In this document: piece after piece, positions 59,178 through 64,000 of the stretch
How positions within the stretch are numbered: position 1 is the stretch's first letter
How the letters are laid out: every line of letters starts with the position of its first letter
Origin: the human T2T-CHM13v2.0 reference genome, Homo sapiens
Assembly (NCBI RefSeq): GCF_009914755.1
Contig: NC_060928.1
Direction: 5' to 3' (one strand)
DNA length: 64,000 nucleotides
Notes under the pieces: generated by a model
Told to the model about the DNA's origin: nothing
The model's database searches: none
Seen by the model: the letters and a program-made list of their open reading frames with translations, nothing else
Made by a program: the position numbers and the translations under genes

Positions 59178-59637
59178 TATTGTGAATGGTGTTACTATGA
59201 ACATATGCTCACATGTATCTTTATAATAGAATGATTTATATTCCTTTGGGTATATACCCAGTAATGGGATTGCTGGGTCAAATGACATCATGTCCTTCAC
59301 AAGGACATGGATGGAGCTGGAGGACATTATCCTTAGCTAACTAACACAGGAACAGAAAACCAAATACTACATGTTCTCACTTAGAAAAGGGAGAGAAATT
59401 ATGAGAACACATGACAAGTAGAGGGGAACAACACATAATGGGGCCTATCAGAGGGTGCAGGATTAGAGGAGAGGATCAGGAAACATAATGAATGGGTACT
59501 AGGCTTAATACTGGGATGATAAAATAATCTGTACAACAAACCCCCACGACACAAGTTTACCTATGTAACAAAACTGAATCTGTACACCTGAATGTAAAAT
59601 AAAAGGCTAAAAAAAAGAAAAAGAAAACAAAATAAAT
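59178..59637 (+). mobile_element. L1PA13-like 3' end with 5' inversion (twin priming)
   Basis: 59178-59284 is L1 antisense and 59281-59637 is L1 sense with poly-A. TSD ataaatttaagc at 59166-59177 and 59638-59649. Confidence 0.9.
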
Positions 59638-60309
59638 ATAAATTTAAGCAAAAAATGGAATGATAAAAAATAAGTGATTCTACAGTGGAAGGAAACATTA
59701 AAGAATTATGATAATATGAATAATGATATGATATATATATCATATATAATTGATATGATATATAGAAACATTATAACATTATTATAAACAAGTTTAACAG
59801 TAAAATGGACATAACAGAAGAAAAATAAATGAAGTTGATAATTGATCAATAGAAAGTATGTAATGTGAAAAACAGAGATAAAAATTGAAAAAGAAATTGA
59901 ACAGTGACTTGAAGACTGTTAGATAATATGAAAGTGATTAACCCATCATTTAATTAGAATCACAGTGTGAAAGTAGAGAAATAAATGTGACTGAAAAAAT
60001 TTTTAAGAAATAATAGCAGAAAATTTGCCAAAGTTGATGGAAGACATAAATGTGTAGATTAAGATACTCAATAAACACCAAGAAGGACCAACATGAAGAT
60101 GGTCACACTATTAAACATAAAAGGCATACTACTCAAAACCAAAGGTGAATCTTGGGAGCAGTAAGAGAAATTATGCTAATTATGTTCAGGAAAATGATTC
60201 AATTAATGGTTAACTTTTTAATAGAAATTATGAAAAGAAATATTTAAAGTTTTTGCCTCTAATTGTGTATTTATTAAAAATGTCACTGAAGAATAAGATA
60301 GATTTTTAG

Positions 60310-60630
<321 letters not shown>

Positions 60631-61288
60631 AGAAAACTGCTTATCAGTATTCTTATATTACAAGAAATGCTAAAAGAAGTTGTTCATGATAAGGGCAAAT
60701 AATTTCAGGTGGATAGTCACATACTCAGAAAGGAGAATTAAGCACTAGAAATGGTAAACATCTTAATCATACAAAAGACTCTTTAACAAATACCTCTTAA
60801 TTTTTTATTAGATATCAGATGGTTTAAAACAAAGCCATAACATTGTCATATAGGTTTATAAAGGATGTAGATACAATACATATAATAATGACAGTGGTCC
60901 ATTGACCTACACAATTTCAAATTTTTAGTAGTATACATAAAGTTGTACAGCAGTAACAGGGACTAGAGTGAAAAGAGTTAGATATACTTATATCTTTAAG
61001 TTTTAACAGGCATATGAGAGTGTATGTGTATGTATTTATGTGTATAGAGTGGTCTCTATCACATGCATTGAAATGTATAATATAGTCAAAGACATAAGAA
61101 AATTAAAATAGTATTAAAACAATATAAATTAAATCAGAAAAATCATAGAGAAAACAGACAATAAAAATGGAAAATAAATAATGAAATACACCCAAATCCA
61201 AGCATAAACATAATTTTATTGAATATTATGAACTGAGAACTCCAACTTAAAGACAGAAATTATCAAATGGGTCAAAAGCATAATTTAA

Positions 61289-64000
61289 GGGGTGAAAAAA
61301 AATGGTGGCTAGCAGGCAAGACTGACTTGCAGCTCCCATCCGGATGGACAGAGCATTGTGTGGAGACTCATACTGTGAACTTTGGCTCTGATAACTACTG
61401 CAGGAACAGATCAGGAAAGCAAAGAGAATCCACAAACCCTTTGATGATAGTGGCTTGCTGCTGCAGGCTCTGTAAGACAGCTGAAAAACTGTGAGTGCCC
61501 AAAGGGTGAGCGGGGGAACATCTGCCCTTGAAAGCATACCCCCACTTGGGAACCTGAAGGTCCAGATTACAGGAGTAGACTTGACCTTACCTGGAGCTGA
61601 AACAAATTTAGAGAGCCAAATGAAATATAGTGAAAGAGGAAGCAATGGGAAGAGCCCTGTGGGCACTCTTGGTTCCCAGGGAAGTCATTCCTGACTTTGC
61701 CTTGCAGGGGTCCTTGGGTAGAGCTGCCAGTGGAATTGGGGAAAAATGATAGGGAGGAAAAGAAAACTTCTAGCAGAACTTTGTAACAATTTCGGCCAAA
61801 TAAGAAGCTTCCTGGAAAGAATCTGGGGGAGGTGGCAAACGGGAAACGCAGATATGAGCACAAAAACTGTGGCAGGTGGGAAGGTGCAAAACCTGAAAGC
61901 CCTGCTTGCTCTCTCAGTGGGGAGGCTTGTAACCTGGGTCAAGTTCCAAGCACTGCTCACTGGCTGCCTAGAAATAAACTCAGTGCTCTTGGTGGGGTAT
62001 GGTGGAATTGAGGCTGGCCTTTCAGGCTGCATTGGAGCTGGGTGAGGTCTGTCACTGCCAGCTTTCCCCAACTTCCCTGGCAACCTGTATAATGCAGCAG
62101 AGGCAGCCATAAACCCCCTGGGAACATAACCCCTCAGCCAGAGAATGATACCTCCATCCCCCATAGCAGCTGCAGCAAACCCCACCAAGAAAAGTCTGAG
62201 CTTATATACACCTAGCATAACCCTGGCCCCACTGGATGGCCTTTTTACTCACCCTGATAGCTGAAGACAAAGGACATAATTTCGTGGGAACTCTGCAGCC
62301 CTGCCCACTGCCTGAGAAACCCAAATTCTTATCCAGGCAATCCTAAGGCAAGCTTGTATTCTCCCTGTACTACCACAGCTGATGCTCTCTGAAAGTGCCA
62401 ACTGCTGGCTGTAGGCCAACCACACAAAATCAGCATGCTAAACAAAACTACAACCAAGAACTCTCAAAGAGTTCAATTCACTCCCCTGTTATGTCCACTG
62501 GAGCAGGTGCTGGTATTCACGGCTGAGAGGCCTGAAGACAGATCACATCACAGGACTCTGCACACACTCTTCAGTACCAGCCCAGAGCCTGACAGCTCCA
62601 CTGGGTGGCTAGACCCAGAAGAGAAATAATAATAATTGCAGGGAGGCCCCATCCCTAGAGGAAGGGGGAGAGCACAACATCAAGGGAGTACCCCATGGGA
62701 TAAAAGGATCTGAACTGCAGCCCTTGAACCCCAGATCTTCCCTCTGACACAGTCTATCCAAATGAGAAGCAACCAGAAAAATAATTTTGATCATATGACA
62801 AAACAAGTTGTTTTAACAACCCAGAAGATCACACTAGCTCTCCAGCAATGGATCTAAACCAAGAAGAAATCTCTGAATTGCCAGAAAAAGAATTCAGAAG
62901 GCCGATTATTAAGCTAATCAAGGAGGCACCAGAGAAAGGTGAATACCAAATTAAAGAAATAAAAGATATAGTATATGGATAGAAAAATCTCCGAAGAAAT
63001 CAATAGCATAAGTAAAAACAATCACATCTGAAAATGAAGGACACACTTAGAGAAATGCAAAATACACTGAGTAGCCTCAACAATAGAATCAAGCAAGTAG
63101 AAGAAACAACTTTAGAGTTCAATGACAAGGCATTTGAATCAACCCAATCTGACAAAGACAAAGAAAAAAGAATGCCAAAAAATGAGCGAAGTCTCCAAAA
63201 AGTTTGGAATTATGTTAAATGACTAAACCTAAGAATAACTGGTGTTCCTGAGGAAGAAAAGAAATCTTTAAGTTTGGAAAACATATTTGAGGAAGTAATT
63301 GAGGAAAGGTTCCCTGACCTTGCTGGAGATCTAGACCTGCGTATACAAGAAACTCAAAGAACACTAGAGAAATTCATCGAAAAAGATCATCACGTAGGCA
63401 CATTGTCATCAGGTTATCTAAAGTCAAGACAATGGAAAAAAAATTAAGAGTTGTGAGACAAAAGCATCAAGTAACCTATAAAGGAAAACCTATCAGATTA
63501 ACAGCAGATTTCTTAGAACAAACACTACAAGCTAGAAGGGATTGGGGTCCTATCTTTAGGCTTTTTAAACAAAACAATTATGAGCCAATAATTTTGTATC
63601 CAGTGAAATTAAACTTCATAAATGAAGAAAATATAGTCTTTTTCAGACAAGTGAATGCTGAGAGAATTTGCCACTACCAAGCCAGCACTATAAGAACTAC
63701 TTAAAGAAGCTCTAAATATTGAAACAAATGGTCAAAATTAAACCTCCTTAAAGCATAAATCTCACAGGACGTATAGAATAAAAACATAATAGAAAATATT
63801 TGGTCAATAAATATGATGAATAGAATAGTACCTCACTTCTCAATACTAATCTTGAATGTAAATGGCCTAAACGCTCCACTTAAAAGATACAGAATGACAG
63901 AATGGGTAAGAATTAACCAACCAAGTATCTACTGACTTCAGGAGACTCACCTAGTACACAAGAACTCACATAAACTTAAGGTAAAGGGGTGGAAAAAGAT
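61289..64000 (+). mobile_element. L1PB-type LINE 5' portion (5'UTR, ORF1 from 62762, ORF2 from about 63813), continuing beyond the window
   Basis: 5'UTR gacttgcagctccca..ggacagagca..gtgtggagactca; ORF1 remnants MRSNQKNN.., VTYKGKPIRLTADF..LQARRDWGPIF; ORF2 start ..SILILNVNGLNAPLKRYR. Confidence 0.92.

Noticed and set aside
61247-62218. 139-aa and 177-aa minus-strand ORFs
   Set aside because: Antisense frames in the GC-richer L1PB 5'UTR, with no resemblance to ORF0 or any protein I recognise.

Overview
AT-rich, CpG-depleted primate (human-like) genomic DNA that reads as intergenic or deep intronic. I find no credible host protein-coding exon, rRNA, tRNA or CRISPR array. The ORF track is almost entirely explained by transposable-element remnants or chance. 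The window holds about 12 Alus, a full-length L1PA6-like LINE with TSDs (19603-25815, minus), and an L1PB-type LINE starting near 61290 and running off the end. It also holds several truncated L1s, a Tigger2 remnant, many MaLR/ERV solo LTRs, a 5' half HERV-L, and a complete MST provirus nested in an MLT1A LTR. A two-LTR ERVL-class (LTR40-like) provirus at 4891-10945 has a 5-bp TSD and a recognisable env TM remnant. The most notable items are that env remnant, which lacks its immunosuppressive domain, an open antisense ORF0 in the L1PA6 5'UTR, and several unusual insertion junctions. I see no evidence for a new biological system. Subfamily names come from my recall of consensus sequences and need RepeatMasker/Dfam confirmation.
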